Below are positions 9,155-18,798 of a stretch of 64,000 nt of DNA, one piece after another; the stretch's first letter is position 1, and each line of letters opens with the position of its first letter. The DNA is taken from positions 2,790 through 66,789 of the forward strand of contig CAZKXY010000001.1 in NCBI GenBank assembly GCA_964556925.1. The letters run 5' to 3'. The translations under genes were made by a program, and so were the position numbers. This DNA comes from an uncultured Planctomycetales bacterium (GTDB lineage: Bacteria; Omnitrophota; Gorgyraeia; Aquiviventales; Aquiviventaceae). The notes beneath the pieces are model-generated. The model saw only the letters and a program-made list of their open reading frames with translations, made no database searches and had not been told where the DNA came from.

Positions 9155-10438
9155 ATGGACGTCCGGTTGGTGTGGAAGTCCTATTACGGGAATGAGCCGT
9201 TGACGCTGCAGCTGCCTGACGAGTGGGACGCGCAGGTGAGCGGGATGCCGCCGCGCCAGCCGTTGAGCGACGCGGCGATCGCGGACCGGATCGCGCAGGC
9301 GCCGGTTCGCTCGGGCAGGCTGCGCGATCTCGCGCGGGGCAAGCGGCGGGTCGTGATCGCGGTGGATGACCTCACCCGGCCGACCGAAGCCCACCGGCTG
9401 GCCCCTCCCGTGCTGTCCGAGCTGGCCGCCGCCGGCGTCGAGGCGCGGCACATCGTGTTCCTCGTCGCGATGGGCACGCACCGTCCCTATACCCTGCCGG
9501 ACCTCAGGAAGAAGCTCGGGGAGGAGATCGTCCAGACGTACGCCGTCTCGAATCACAGCTGCTACCAGCACCATCGTCTCATCGGCCGCACCTGCCGGGG
9601 CACGCCGGTGCAGATCAATCAGACGTACCTGGACGCCGACCTGAAGATCGGCATCGGCACCGTGATGCCGCACCCGATTGCGGGGTTCAGCGGGGGCGGC
9701 AAGCTCGTGACGATCGGCTTAGGCGGCATTGACACGGTGGAGGGGTTGCATCGGCCTGCGCTGACCAGCCTGCAGGGGACCATCGGGCGCGTCGAGGGCA
9801 ACCCGGTCCGGGAGGAGATCGAGGAGGGCCTCCGCTTGGCGGGGTTGGATTTTTTGGTCAACACCGTCCAAACGAGCACCGGGGCCACCGCGGAGGTCTT
9901 TGCCGGGGAGCCTGCGGCCGCCTACGCGGACGCGGTCCGGGCGGCGCAGCAGGCCTATGCCTGCGACGTCAGGTATCAGAACGACGTCGGGATCTTCAAC
10001 ACCTTCCCGCGGGACACCTGGATGCTCATGTCCTTCACCTCGCTGAACGTGTGGTCGACCCGGTCCCCGGAGAAGGCCGTGGTCCGGCCCGGCGGCTCGA
10101 TCGTCATCGTCAACGCCGCCTCCGAAGGCGTGGGCGAGCACGGCTTGATGACCAAAGGGATGCGGCAGTATCGCTTGAGGGATCAGCACGGCACGTTCAA
10201 GGACATGCTCCGAGACCGCGAGCTGGTGTTTCTCTCGCCGAACATCACGCGAGCCATGATCCGGGACTACTATCAGTGCGAGGTGCAACTCGTTCGGGAC
10301 GGCGACGCCCTGGTCCGGTCTCTCCGGCGGCGTCATCCTGGCCGGGCGCGCGTGTCGGTGTTCCCGCACGGGCCGCTGCAGATGGACGGCAGCTGCCTCA
10401 CCCCGGCCCCGGCGGTCTCGTCAGTCGCCCGTGGATGA
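9155..10438 (+). CDS. LarA-family protein (nickel-pincer-nucleotide dependent 2-hydroxyacid racemase/epimerase homolog, DUF2088)
   Basis: VIAVDDLTRPTE, AMGTHRP, NHSCYQHH...GTPVQINQTYLDADLKIGIGTVMPHPIAGFSGGGK, including the Lys that tethers the NPN cofactor in LarA. Full-length at 427 aa. Confidence 0.65.
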   Translation: MDVRLVWKSYYGNEPLTLQLPDEWDAQVSGMPPRQPLSDAAIADRIAQAPVRSGRLRDLARGKRRVVIAVDDLTRPTEAHRLAPPVLSELAAAGVEARHIVFLVAMGTHRPYTLPDLRKKLGEEIVQTYAVSNHSCYQHHRLIGRTCRGTPVQINQTYLDADLKIGIGTVMPHPIAGFSGGGKLVTIGLGGIDTVEGLHRPALTSLQGTIGRVEGNPVREEIEEGLRLAGLDFLVNTVQTSTGATAEVFAGEPAAAYADAVRAAQQAYACDVRYQNDVGIFNTFPRDTWMLMSFTSLNVWSTRSPEKAVVRPGGSIVIVNAASEGVGEHGLMTKGMRQYRLRDQHGTFKDMLRDRELVFLSPNITRAMIRDYYQCEVQLVRDGDALVRSLRRRHPGRARVSVFPHGPLQMDGSCLTPAPAVSSVARG

Positions 10439-11352
10439 GCCGAGCGCCCCGCGCCCTCATCACCGGCGGCACCGGGCTGCTCGGGCATGCGCTGCTGGAG
10501 GCGGCGCCGTCGGGGTGGGAGGTGGCGGCGACCTACCACTGCCTCCCGCCGGCCGAAGCCTGGCGGGGCCGGTTCCACCGGCTCGATCTGCGCGATGAGG
10601 CCGCGGTCGCCGACGTCCTCGAGGCGGTCCGGCCCGATGTCGTCATCCACTCGGCCTCGGTGGGCTCTGTGGAGCAGGCCGAGCGGGATCCGGACGCCGT
10701 CAGGGCGGTCAATGTGGGCGGCACCCAGGCGATCGGCCGGGCGTGCGGCAGGATCGGCGCGCGGTGCGTGTTCATCTCCTCCAATGCGGTCTTTGACGGG
10801 GCGCACCCCCCCTATAGAGAGGAAGACCCCGTGCGCGCGGTCAACCGGTACGGGGCGATCAAGATTGAGGCGGAGCGCTGGGTGCGGGAGGCGTGCCCGG
10901 TCCCCTGGGTCGTGATCCGGCCCATCCTGATGTACGGCTGGCCGCATCCGGGAGGGCGGGGCAACGTGGTGACGCGGTGGCTGGAGCGCCTTGAGCGGGG
11001 CGAGGCGGTGGAGGTGGACGAGCGGCTCATCACCATGCCGCTCTGGGTGGGCGACTGCTCGGGCGCGATCTGGGCGGCGGTCACGCGCCAACGCACCGGT
11101 CTCTATCATGTGGCCGGCGCGGATCGGCTGAGCTTGCTGACGTTCGCGCGGCGCGTGGCCAGGGTCTTCCAGGGGAACGAGGCGCTCATCCGGCCCGCCT
11201 CGGCATCATGGCTCAGCCGGTTCGCGCCGCGCCCCACGGACACCTCCTTCGTCACGAGGAAGATGGAGCAGGAGCTTGGCATCCGGCCCCTCGGCGTCTT
11301 GGAGGGTCTGGCGATGATGCACCGGGCGCAGGTCGCGCACCGGGGCGGGTGA
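10435..11352 (+). CDS. SDR-family NAD(P)-dependent sugar reductase (dTDP-4-dehydrorhamnose reductase RmlD-like)
   Basis: LITGGTGLLG Rossmann motif, RYGAIK (YxxxK) and the RmlD substrate-binding-domain arrangement. ATGA overlap with the upstream gene. Confidence 0.7.
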   Translation: MSRAPRALITGGTGLLGHALLEAAPSGWEVAATYHCLPPAEAWRGRFHRLDLRDEAAVADVLEAVRPDVVIHSASVGSVEQAERDPDAVRAVNVGGTQAIGRACGRIGARCVFISSNAVFDGAHPPYREEDPVRAVNRYGAIKIEAERWVREACPVPWVVIRPILMYGWPHPGGRGNVVTRWLERLERGEAVEVDERLITMPLWVGDCSGAIWAAVTRQRTGLYHVAGADRLSLLTFARRVARVFQGNEALIRPASASWLSRFAPRPTDTSFVTRKMEQELGIRPLGVLEGLAMMHRAQVAHRGG

Positions 11353-11357
11353 GGGCG

Positions 11358-12392
11358 ATGCGGATCCTGCTCGTGGGGCCGTCGCTGCCGTTTCCCTGGA
11401 TGGCGTACACGGCGCGGGCCCTGCGCCGCCTCGGGCATTCGCCAACGCTGTTCCGGTACACGAACCGGTGGGTCAACCGGATCGCCGGCCTGGGGGCCGG
11501 TCGGATCGCCGGGGTCTCGGCCGCGGCGCGCGCGGCCGCGGCCGCCTGGCGCGCGGCGCGCGACGAGGCGCTGGTGGCCGTGGCCCGCCGGATGCGGCCG
11601 GAGCTGGCGATCGTGCTGCGCGGCGAGCTGATTGCGCCGGCGGCGCTGGCGCAGGTGAAGCGGTCCCTCGCCGGGCCGTTCGTCACCTGGTGGGTCGACG
11701 ATCCCGGCCGCTACCCGGGCTCGGCGGAGCGGCTGCGGCTGTACGACCACGTGTTCCTGTTCGATCGGGCGTGCGTGCGGCGGCTGGCGGCGGGGGGCGC
11801 GCGCGTGACGTTCCTGCCGTGCGCCTGCGACGAGACCGTGTTCCAGCCGAGGGCGTTGAGCGCCAGGGAGCGGCGCCGGTACGGCTGTGACATCGCGCTG
11901 GTGGGGTGGTACTACCCCAACCGCGCCGAGGTGGTGCAGGCCCTCAGCGGGTTCCGGGTCGGCATCTGGGGCCGGGGCTGGGCGCGCGCGGACGCGCGGC
12001 GGGCGCTGAACGGCATCGGGTCCCGGGCGCTGCGCAGCCGTCGCTACGTGAGCGACGGCTGCGCGGCGGCCATCTACAACGCGGCCGCCCTCGGGCTCAA
12101 CGTCCATCACGCGCAGGCCCGCGAGGCCGGCTTGAACACGCGCACCTTCGAGGTGCTGGCGGCCGGCGGGTGCGAGCTGGTCGATGCGGTGCCGGGCCTG
12201 GAGGAGCTGCTGCGACCCGGCGAGGAGCTGCTCATGTACCGCTCGCCCTCGGAAGCGCGCGAGCTGGCGGCCCACTACCTCCGGCGGCCGCGCGAGCGGG
12301 CCCGGATCGCGGCGCGGGGACGCGCCCGGGTGCTGGCCGAGCACACCTATGTGCACCGGATGCGGAGGCTGCTCCGCGCGGTGGCCCGATGA
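11358..12392 (+). CDS. CgeB-family / Glyco_trans_1_2 domain glycosyltransferase
   Basis: The C-terminal FEVLAAGGCELVD...LLMYRSPSEARELAAHYL block is typical of CgeB-like GT-B proteins. The internal ATG lies 5 nt after the upstream stop. Confidence 0.55.
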   Translation: MRILLVGPSLPFPWMAYTARALRRLGHSPTLFRYTNRWVNRIAGLGAGRIAGVSAAARAAAAAWRAARDEALVAVARRMRPELAIVLRGELIAPAALAQVKRSLAGPFVTWWVDDPGRYPGSAERLRLYDHVFLFDRACVRRLAAGGARVTFLPCACDETVFQPRALSARERRRYGCDIALVGWYYPNRAEVVQALSGFRVGIWGRGWARADARRALNGIGSRALRSRRYVSDGCAAAIYNAAALGLNVHHAQAREAGLNTRTFEVLAAGGCELVDAVPGLEELLRPGEELLMYRSPSEARELAAHYLRRPRERARIAARGRARVLAEHTYVHRMRRLLRAVAR

Positions 12393-15154
12393 CGCGCAAG
12401 CTGCATGAGCCGGATGTGACGGCGCGGACGGCGGTCCGCTACGGCTACCTCTGGGATCGCTCCTGCCGCGCGTCGAGCCTGGACGGCGCCCGCCCGCACC
12501 ATTTTGACCGGATGCGGCAGGCCCTGTCGCTGCCGCCGCTCCGGGGGCTGGTGCTGGATGCGGGCTGCGGGGAGGGCCTCGACCTCGCCAACCAGGCCAG
12601 GCGGCCTGGCCTTGAGATCATCGGCGTGGAGCTGAGCAAGGGGGGCTGCCAGGCCAGCGCCGCGCGCACGCGGGGGCTTTCGGCCGCCTCGGTGGTGCAG
12701 GGCGATCTCCGGCGGCTGCCCTTCGCCGACGGCCTGTTCGACTTCATCTATAGTTATGGCGTCCTCCACCACCTGCCCGCGCCGGAGGCAGGGCTGGCGG
12801 AGCTCGTCCGGGTCCTCAAGCCGGGCTCGCGGATCGCCCTGTACCTGTATGAGGATTTTCGAGAGCGGCCGCTCCTCTGGCGCGGGCTCCTGGCGGCGGC
12901 CACGCCGTGCCGCCGGCTGACGACCCGGATGCCGCCCGCGCTGCTGTACCGGTGCTGCCAGGTTGGCTCGCCGATGGTCTACGCCCTCTTCACGGTGCCC
13001 CACCGCCTCTTCCGCGCGATCCCGGGGTGCCGCTCGCTGGCGGCCGGCATGCCGTTCCGGCACGGCACCGGGCCGTTCAGTTTGGTCGGCGACCTCTATG
13101 ACCGGTTCTCCGCGCCGATCGAGCGGCGGTATACCCGGCAGGCTGCGCGGGCGCTCCTTGAGCAGGCTGGCCTGGGGGATCTGCAGATCGTGAACGACCG
13201 AGGATGGATCGTCGCTGGCACCAAGCCGGCCTCGCGCGAGGAGGCGGCGCGGTCGGCGCAGGCCGAGCGGCGGGCGCCAGCCGACCGGCAGGCGGAAGCC
13301 CCCGCCGCCGGCGCGCTCGCCGGCAAAGAGATCCTGTGCCTCTCGTCGATCGATTGGGACTTCATCTGGCAGGGCCACCAGGAGATCATGACAACCCTCG
13401 CCAAGCAGGGCCACCGCGTGCTGTTCATCGAGAACACCGGGGTGCGCGCCCCGCGGCTTCGGGATCTGCCCCGCCTGACGCACCGCCTGCTGAACTGGCT
13501 GCGCAGCACGAAGGGGTTCCGCGAGGAGCGGGAGCGTCTCTTCGTCTACTCGCCCCTGATCCTGCCGTTTCCCTATTCCCCCGCGGCCCGCGGGGTGAAC
13601 CGCTGGTTGCTGCTGCGCGCGCTCCAGCGCTGGATGCGCGCCGCCGGCTTTCAGCGGCCCATCCTGTGGACCTTCCTGCCCACGCCGCTCGCCCTGGATC
13701 TCATCCGGGAGCTGGATCCGGAGCTGACGGTCTACTACTGCATTGACGACCTGGCGTCCAGCTCCACGGCCGCCAAGCGCATCAGCCGCAGCGAAGCCCA
13801 GCTCTTCCGGGCGGCCGACCTCGTGTTCGTGACCTCCGAGAAGCTCCGTGAGCGCGCCGCGCGCCTCAACGACCAGGTCCATGTCTTCCCCTTCGGGGTG
13901 GACTTCGAGGCGTTCACCGAGGTGCGCCTGCGCGTCGAGGAGCCGCCGGCGGACCTGCGGGGCATCCCACGGCCCGTGGTCGGCTATGTGGGCGGGCTGC
14001 ATCGCTGGGTGGACCAGGAGCTGTTGGCGGAGGTGGCCGGCCGCCTGCCGCAGGCCACCTTCCTCCTGATCGGGCCGGCCCAGACGGACCTCTCACGGCT
14101 CCTCCGCTGCCCGAACGTACGGTGGCTGGGCGCCCGGCCCCACGATGAGCTGCCGCGCTATGCCAAATCGTTTGACGTGGGGATCGTGCCCTATTCCCTG
14201 AGCGAGTACACGGCCCACGTCTATCCGACGAAGCTCAACGAGTATCTCGCGATGGGGATCCCCGTGATCGCCACGGCGCTGCCTGAAGTGCAGCGGTTCA
14301 ACGCGCGGCACGGGGAGGTGGTGGCGGTGGCGCGGGATGCCGGCGAGTTCGCCCGGGCGATCCGCGACGCCCTGACGGGCAACTCGCCTGAGCTCATCGG
14401 GCGGCGGATCGAGGCGTCGCGCCAGAACAGCTGGAGCGCCCGGATCGCCCAGATGTCTGCGCTGATTGCGCAGCGGCTGGCGAGCCGCCAGGCGGACGGG
14501 GAGCGGTGGCAGGAGTCGCTGCGGAGCCTCTACCGGACCGCCCGCCGACGGCTGGTGCGGGTGGTGGCGGTCGGCGGGATGGCGTACGCGCTGCTGTTTC
14601 AGAGCCCGCTCCTCTGGCTGGTCGCCGAGCCGCTTCGGGTGACCGCGCCGCCTGCGCACGCTGAGGTGATCGTGGTGTTTGCCGGAGGCGTCGGGGAGTC
14701 AGGCAAGGCGGGTGGCGGGTATCAAGAGCGCGTGAAGCAAGCCGTCGATCTCTACCGGCAGGGGAGCGCCCCGCGGATCATCTTCTCCTCCGGGTACACG
14801 TTTGTCTTCCCGGAAGCCGAAGTGATGCGCGAGCTGGCGGTGGCGCACGGCGTGCCGGCCTCCGCGATCATCTTGGAGCAGCGCGCCGCCACCACCTACG
14901 AGAACGTCGCGCGCGCGGCGGAGATCCTCACCGCGCACGGCTGGCGCTCCGCCCTCCTGGTGAGCTCCCCCTATCACATGCGGCGCGCGCTGCTGGCATG
15001 GCGCAAGGCCGCGCCCCAGATCCGCGTGTCGCCGGCGCCCGTTGCCGACAGCCGCTTCTACGCCCACACGCGCGGGGCGACGCTGGAGCAGATTCGCGGG
15101 ATCCTCCACGAGTACGTCGGGATCGTGTATTACTGGGCCAAGGGATGGATCTAG
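12389..15154 (+). CDS. Tri-domain fusion: class I SAM methyltransferase, then GT4-type glycosyltransferase, then DUF218 (YdcF/ElyC/SanA-like)
   Basis: N-terminus: VLDAGCGEGLDL and FDFIYSYGVLHHL (MTase motifs). Middle: VGYVGGLHRWVDQELL...GIVPY (GT-B C-domain). C-terminus: VIVVFAGG...IIFSSGY...SSPYHMRRA (DUF218). ATGA overlap at the start. Confidence 0.7.
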   Translation: MTRKLHEPDVTARTAVRYGYLWDRSCRASSLDGARPHHFDRMRQALSLPPLRGLVLDAGCGEGLDLANQARRPGLEIIGVELSKGGCQASAARTRGLSAASVVQGDLRRLPFADGLFDFIYSYGVLHHLPAPEAGLAELVRVLKPGSRIALYLYEDFRERPLLWRGLLAAATPCRRLTTRMPPALLYRCCQVGSPMVYALFTVPHRLFRAIPGCRSLAAGMPFRHGTGPFSLVGDLYDRFSAPIERRYTRQAARALLEQAGLGDLQIVNDRGWIVAGTKPASREEAARSAQAERRAPADRQAEAPAAGALAGKEILCLSSIDWDFIWQGHQEIMTTLAKQGHRVLFIENTGVRAPRLRDLPRLTHRLLNWLRSTKGFREERERLFVYSPLILPFPYSPAARGVNRWLLLRALQRWMRAAGFQRPILWTFLPTPLALDLIRELDPELTVYYCIDDLASSSTAAKRISRSEAQLFRAADLVFVTSEKLRERAARLNDQVHVFPFGVDFEAFTEVRLRVEEPPADLRGIPRPVVGYVGGLHRWVDQELLAEVAGRLPQATFLLIGPAQTDLSRLLRCPNVRWLGARPHDELPRYAKSFDVGIVPYSLSEYTAHVYPTKLNEYLAMGIPVIATALPEVQRFNARHGEVVAVARDAGEFARAIRDALTGNSPELIGRRIEASRQNSWSARIAQMSALIAQRLASRQADGERWQESLRSLYRTARRRLVRVVAVGGMAYALLFQSPLLWLVAEPLRVTAPPAHAEVIVVFAGGVGESGKAGGGYQERVKQAVDLYRQGSAPRIIFSSGYTFVFPEAEVMRELAVAHGVPASAIILEQRAATTYENVARAAEILTAHGWRSALLVSSPYHMRRALLAWRKAAPQIRVSPAPVADSRFYAHTRGATLEQIRGILHEYVGIVYYWAKGWI

Positions 15155-15180
15155 CATTTGTTCCGCACCCACCTGTCGCT

Positions 15181-15240
15181 CAGGGCTCAGGGCTCGGGGC
15201 TCAGGGTCCTTGCCCCCAGCCCCCAGCCCAGAGCCTCGAG
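15181..15240. repeat. Family-C GGGCTCA-heptad hairpin repeat, copy C1 (downstream of the tri-domain gene)
   Basis: CAGGGCTCAGGGCTCGGGGCTCAGGGTCCTTGCCCCCAGCCCCCAGCCCAGAGCCTCGAGC. The left arm is GGGCTCN heptads and the right arm is their approximate reverse complement. Confidence 0.65.
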
Positions 15241-15249
15241 CGCCGTTCT

Positions 15250-15930
15250 GTGAGGCGGTTGCCGGCGTCCATCGTCGTGCCGGTTCACAATGAAAACCCG
15301 GAGGTGGTCCGGCGCCTGGCGGAGGCGTGCCGTGCCGCGTACGGCGAGACTGAGCTCATCATTGTCGATGACGGCTCGCGGCCCCCGCAGCCTGTGGCGA
15401 CGCTCCGGCATCCGCGCCAACGCGGGTATGGGGCGGCCATCAAGACCGGCATCGCGGCGGCGCGCCAGCCGTGGATCGTGACGATGGATGGCGACGGCCA
15501 GCATCGGGTCGACGACATCGCCCGGCTCTACGAGGTCGCGACCGCGGCGGGGCTGGACATGGCGATCGGCGACCGGCGCCTGGCGGAGCCGGACGCGCTG
15601 CGGTGGGGGGGCTCGCAGGCCATGAACGCGCTGGCCCGCGTCGTCACCGGATTGCCCATCCGCGATTTGAACTGCGGCCTGCGGCTGTTTCGGAAAGCGC
15701 TCGCGCAGCGGCTGGCCGATCAGCTCTCCGACGGGTTTTCCTTCACCACCACGATCGTCATGGCGTTCTTCGCCGAGGGCGCCCGGGTCGGGTGGGTGCC
15801 GGTGGTGGTGCGGCCGCGGACGCACGGGGGCAGCAAGGTGCGGTTGGTGGAAGACGGGTGCCTGACGGCCGCTGCGATCCTCTGCGCCGGCAGCCGGTGC
15901 CGGCTGAAGCGCTGGCGGCGCCGCGGATGA
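15250..15930 (+). CDS. GT2 glycosyltransferase (small DPM/DPG-synthase-like)
   Basis: IVVPVHNENPEVV, IIVDDGS and TMDGDGQH motifs. A GTG start is proposed at 15250. An in-frame ATG at 15145 would read through the GGGCTCA repeat. Confidence 0.65.
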   Translation: MRRLPASIVVPVHNENPEVVRRLAEACRAAYGETELIIVDDGSRPPQPVATLRHPRQRGYGAAIKTGIAAARQPWIVTMDGDGQHRVDDIARLYEVATAAGLDMAIGDRRLAEPDALRWGGSQAMNALARVVTGLPIRDLNCGLRLFRKALAQRLADQLSDGFSFTTTIVMAFFAEGARVGWVPVVVRPRTHGGSKVRLVEDGCLTAAAILCAGSRCRLKRWRRRG

Positions 15931-16685
15931 CGCGTTCCCTGGCGGAGCTCTGGCGCGTGTCGCGGCTGTCGTTGAGCATCCTGAAGCAGATGACCGTGGA
16001 ACGGGGACCCCGCGAGACGGCGGCGTTCGCCTGGCTCGGGCTCTGCCGAGCGCTCCAGGGCAAGCCGCTGCCGCAGACGCCGGACATCAACCGGCTGTTG
16101 TGGACGCACTATGATTGGTCCCGGGGAGGTCATGAGTGGTCCGACAGCCCGGCCTGGACCGCCAGCGTCGTTGACCATCTGCTCATCCCGCATGTGCCGA
16201 TGGGCAGCCGCGTCCTGGAGATCGGCCCTGGGGCGGGGCGCTGGAGCGAGCCTCTCGCGCGCCGGGCCAGCCGGCTCGTCCTGGTCGATGTCACGCCCAG
16301 GTGCATCGACCTCTGCCGCCGGCGGTTTCAGGCGCTGCCCCAGGTCGAGTGCGTGCTGACGGACGGCACCGACCTCAGCGCCGTGGCGCCGGGCTCCATC
16401 GATCGCGTCTGGTCGTGGGATGTGTTCATCCATTTGCAGCGGTCTGACCAGGAGTCCTACCTGCGGCAGTGTGGCGCCCTCCTGGCGCCGGCAGGGCGCG
16501 GGCTGATCCATCACACGGTCGCGCCCTCTGGGCGAGGGTGGCGCAGCGTCGTCCCCGCCGAGCAGATGGTCCAGATGTGCCGGACGAGCGGGCTGGAGGT
16601 TGTCCGGCAGTTCACCACGTGGGGCGATGGGCGGTGGGCCACGCCGACCCCGGCGGACCTGATCACCGTGTTCGCAAAGGCATGA
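15927..16685 (+). CDS. Class I SAM-dependent methyltransferase
   Basis: VLEIGPGAGRWS (motif I) and RVWSWDVFIHL. ATGA overlap with the upstream gene. Confidence 0.7.
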   Translation: MTRSLAELWRVSRLSLSILKQMTVERGPRETAAFAWLGLCRALQGKPLPQTPDINRLLWTHYDWSRGGHEWSDSPAWTASVVDHLLIPHVPMGSRVLEIGPGAGRWSEPLARRASRLVLVDVTPRCIDLCRRRFQALPQVECVLTDGTDLSAVAPGSIDRVWSWDVFIHLQRSDQESYLRQCGALLAPAGRGLIHHTVAPSGRGWRSVVPAEQMVQMCRTSGLEVVRQFTTWGDGRWATPTPADLITVFAKA

Positions 16686-17989
16686 CGCCGTGCCGACCCT
16701 CCTCCGTCCTGCAATGGCTCACCCTGGGCTACCTCCTGCTGCTGCCCCTCGGCGGCGCCCCGCTTCCGGCGAACATGCAGTGGGCCGATCTGGCGTTTGT
16801 CGCGCTGGGTGCAGCGGTCGTCGCCACGCAGCGTCGGGGCCTCCTGATCAGGCATCCCATGGATTGGCTCGTCGCGGCGTACCTCGCAGGGTCGGTGGTG
16901 TCGTGTTGGCGCAGCACGGATCTCGTGCAGAGCGGCCTGGGGCTCGCCCAGCAGGGCTCGCTCGTGCTCGTCTATCTCGTGTTCAGCGCGATCGCCAGGC
17001 CGCGCGGGATGGTGCCGAAGATCGCCTGCTGGGGCGCGTGGACGGCGATGCTCTTCGCCGGGGCCAGCCTGCTGGCGCTGGGGCTCTACGTGATGACCGG
17101 CGTCGAGCGTGGGCCGTGGCTCTCCGTGGGGCCGATTCCTGGCGCCGGCACCATCGCCCGCATCAAAGGCGCCCTGCTGTCGCCGGGCTTCTTCTGCAAC
17201 TACCTGACCATGGCGCTGCCCTGGCTGATCCTCCTGCCGCAGGGTCCCGCGCATGCGCACGCGACGCGCTGGTGGCGCGCGGCGCGCGCCGTGGTCATGG
17301 GCGCGGCGATGGGCACGGCCACCGCCAGCGTGGCGGGCTTCCTGGCGGGTGGCCTGGCGAGCGTGTGGGCGCTCTGGCGGTCCACCCGGTGGCTGCGCCT
17401 CGCCCGCGCCGGCCTGGCCGCGGCAGCGGCCGTCACGCTGGTGGTGATGAACCTCATGGTGACCGTCGCCGTGCGCGACCTCTCATGGGCCAGCGATCGC
17501 AACTCCCGCGTCGGCGCTGCCGGGCACGAGTACGCGTTCCTGCCGGAGGGCGGCGCCGAGCGGCTCACCGTGAGCGTCTCGTACGTCCCCATCAGTTACG
17601 GCCTGCTCAAGCGCGTCGCGGTCGAGGCGTTCAGGCGCGAGCCGCTGACCGGCATCGGCTTGGGCGCCTTCCACGCCGAGACCGAGCGGGCGTACCAGCA
17701 GGGGACGCTCCATCAGCCCTACCGGGCGGCTGATCCGCACGCCGAATGGCTGGGCCGGCTGGCCGAAACCGGCCTCGTGGGGTTCGTGACGCTGGCGGCG
17801 TTCTGGGTCGGGGTCTTCCGCTTGGCCGCGCGCCTGAGCCGGGGCTCGCGCGCCGACGCGTGGGTGCTGCGGGCGCTGATCGCTGGCTGGATCGGCGTGC
17901 TCGTCAACAGCCTCAACGCCGATGTCATGAACTTTCGCTTCCTCTGGGTGGGGCTGGGCGTGCTGCGGGCGCTGGCGCTGCGATGCTGA
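16682..17989 (+). CDS. O-antigen ligase / Wzy_C-family polytopic membrane protein
   Basis: About 10 predicted TM helices and a periplasmic loop motif, PLTGIGLGAFHAE...H...AHAEWLGRLAETGLVG, typical of WaaL/Wzy_C. ATGA overlap. Confidence 0.65.
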   Translation: MTPCRPSSVLQWLTLGYLLLLPLGGAPLPANMQWADLAFVALGAAVVATQRRGLLIRHPMDWLVAAYLAGSVVSCWRSTDLVQSGLGLAQQGSLVLVYLVFSAIARPRGMVPKIACWGAWTAMLFAGASLLALGLYVMTGVERGPWLSVGPIPGAGTIARIKGALLSPGFFCNYLTMALPWLILLPQGPAHAHATRWWRAARAVVMGAAMGTATASVAGFLAGGLASVWALWRSTRWLRLARAGLAAAAAVTLVVMNLMVTVAVRDLSWASDRNSRVGAAGHEYAFLPEGGAERLTVSVSYVPISYGLLKRVAVEAFRREPLTGIGLGAFHAETERAYQQGTLHQPYRAADPHAEWLGRLAETGLVGFVTLAAFWVGVFRLAARLSRGSRADAWVLRALIAGWIGVLVNSLNADVMNFRFLWVGLGVLRALALRC

Positions 17990-18798
17990 AACTCTTGGTG
18001 CGGGACGCGCTCAGCGTCATGCGGTGGGGGCTCCATCGCCTGCTGCGTCGGCCGGTTCGGTCAGGGGTGCGGATCCTCCTCTACCATGCGATTGCCACGC
18101 TGCCGCGCCGGCGCGATCGATGGCGCCTGAGCGTGCCGCCCGCGCTGCTGGCGGCGCACGTGGCGTGGCTGAGGCGACACGGGTATGCCATCGTGTCCTT
18201 GGAGGACGCGCTGGACATGATTCGGGGCACGCGGCCGATGATCGAGAAAGCCGTGGCGGTGACGTTTGACGACGGCTTCCGGGATGTCCTGACGCAGGCC
18301 TACCCCATCCTCCGGCAGGCGCAGGTGCCGGCCACGGTGTTTGTGGTGCCGGGCTGCCTCGGGTCGCCGGAGCCGTTCCCGTGGGTGGAGCCGTCGGTCG
18401 GGTTTGCCCGACCGCTGCAGTGGGAGGAGCTGCAGACGCTGCTTGGCGATCAGCTGGTGTCCATTGGCTCCCATACGTGGAGCCATCGGACGCTCAGCCG
18501 GCTGCCGGTCGAGGAGCAGGGGCTGGAGCTTGCGCGATCCAAGTCGGCGCTGGAAGCCCGGCTGGGCACGAGCGTCAAATGGCTCGCGTATCCGTACGGT
18601 CATGCCGGCTCGTTCTCCCAGGAGACGATCGCGTGCGTCCAGCGCGTCGGGTTCGAGGCGGCGTTCGCCAACATCATGGGGGTCAATCGCGCGGGCGACT
18701 CGCTCTGGATGGTGAGGCGCACGCGCGTGGGCTGGGACGATCGGCTCTGGCGATTTCATCTGAAAATGGCCGGGGCCTACGACTGGCTGGACCGATGA
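17983..18798 (+). CDS. Polysaccharide deacetylase (NodB / CE4 family)
   Basis: VTFDDGF, HTWSH and LAYPYG motifs. Confidence 0.75.
   Translation: MLKLLVRDALSVMRWGLHRLLRRPVRSGVRILLYHAIATLPRRRDRWRLSVPPALLAAHVAWLRRHGYAIVSLEDALDMIRGTRPMIEKAVAVTFDDGFRDVLTQAYPILRQAQVPATVFVVPGCLGSPEPFPWVEPSVGFARPLQWEELQTLLGDQLVSIGSHTWSHRTLSRLPVEEQGLELARSKSALEARLGTSVKWLAYPYGHAGSFSQETIACVQRVGFEAAFANIMGVNRAGDSLWMVRRTRVGWDDRLWRFHLKMAGAYDWLDR

Noticed and set aside
12347-14002. Long minus-strand ORFs antisense to + strand genes. Examples: 12347-14002 (551 aa), 20874-22940 (688 aa), 8363-9673, 33935-34960, 38511-40607, 55734-57359, 60460-62415 and 62684-64000.
   Set aside because: Their translations are Arg/Pro/Gly/Ala-rich low-complexity strings with no domain signatures. 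They lie exactly opposite well-supported + strand genes. Such shadow ORFs are expected in roughly 70% GC DNA because stop codons are AT-rich.
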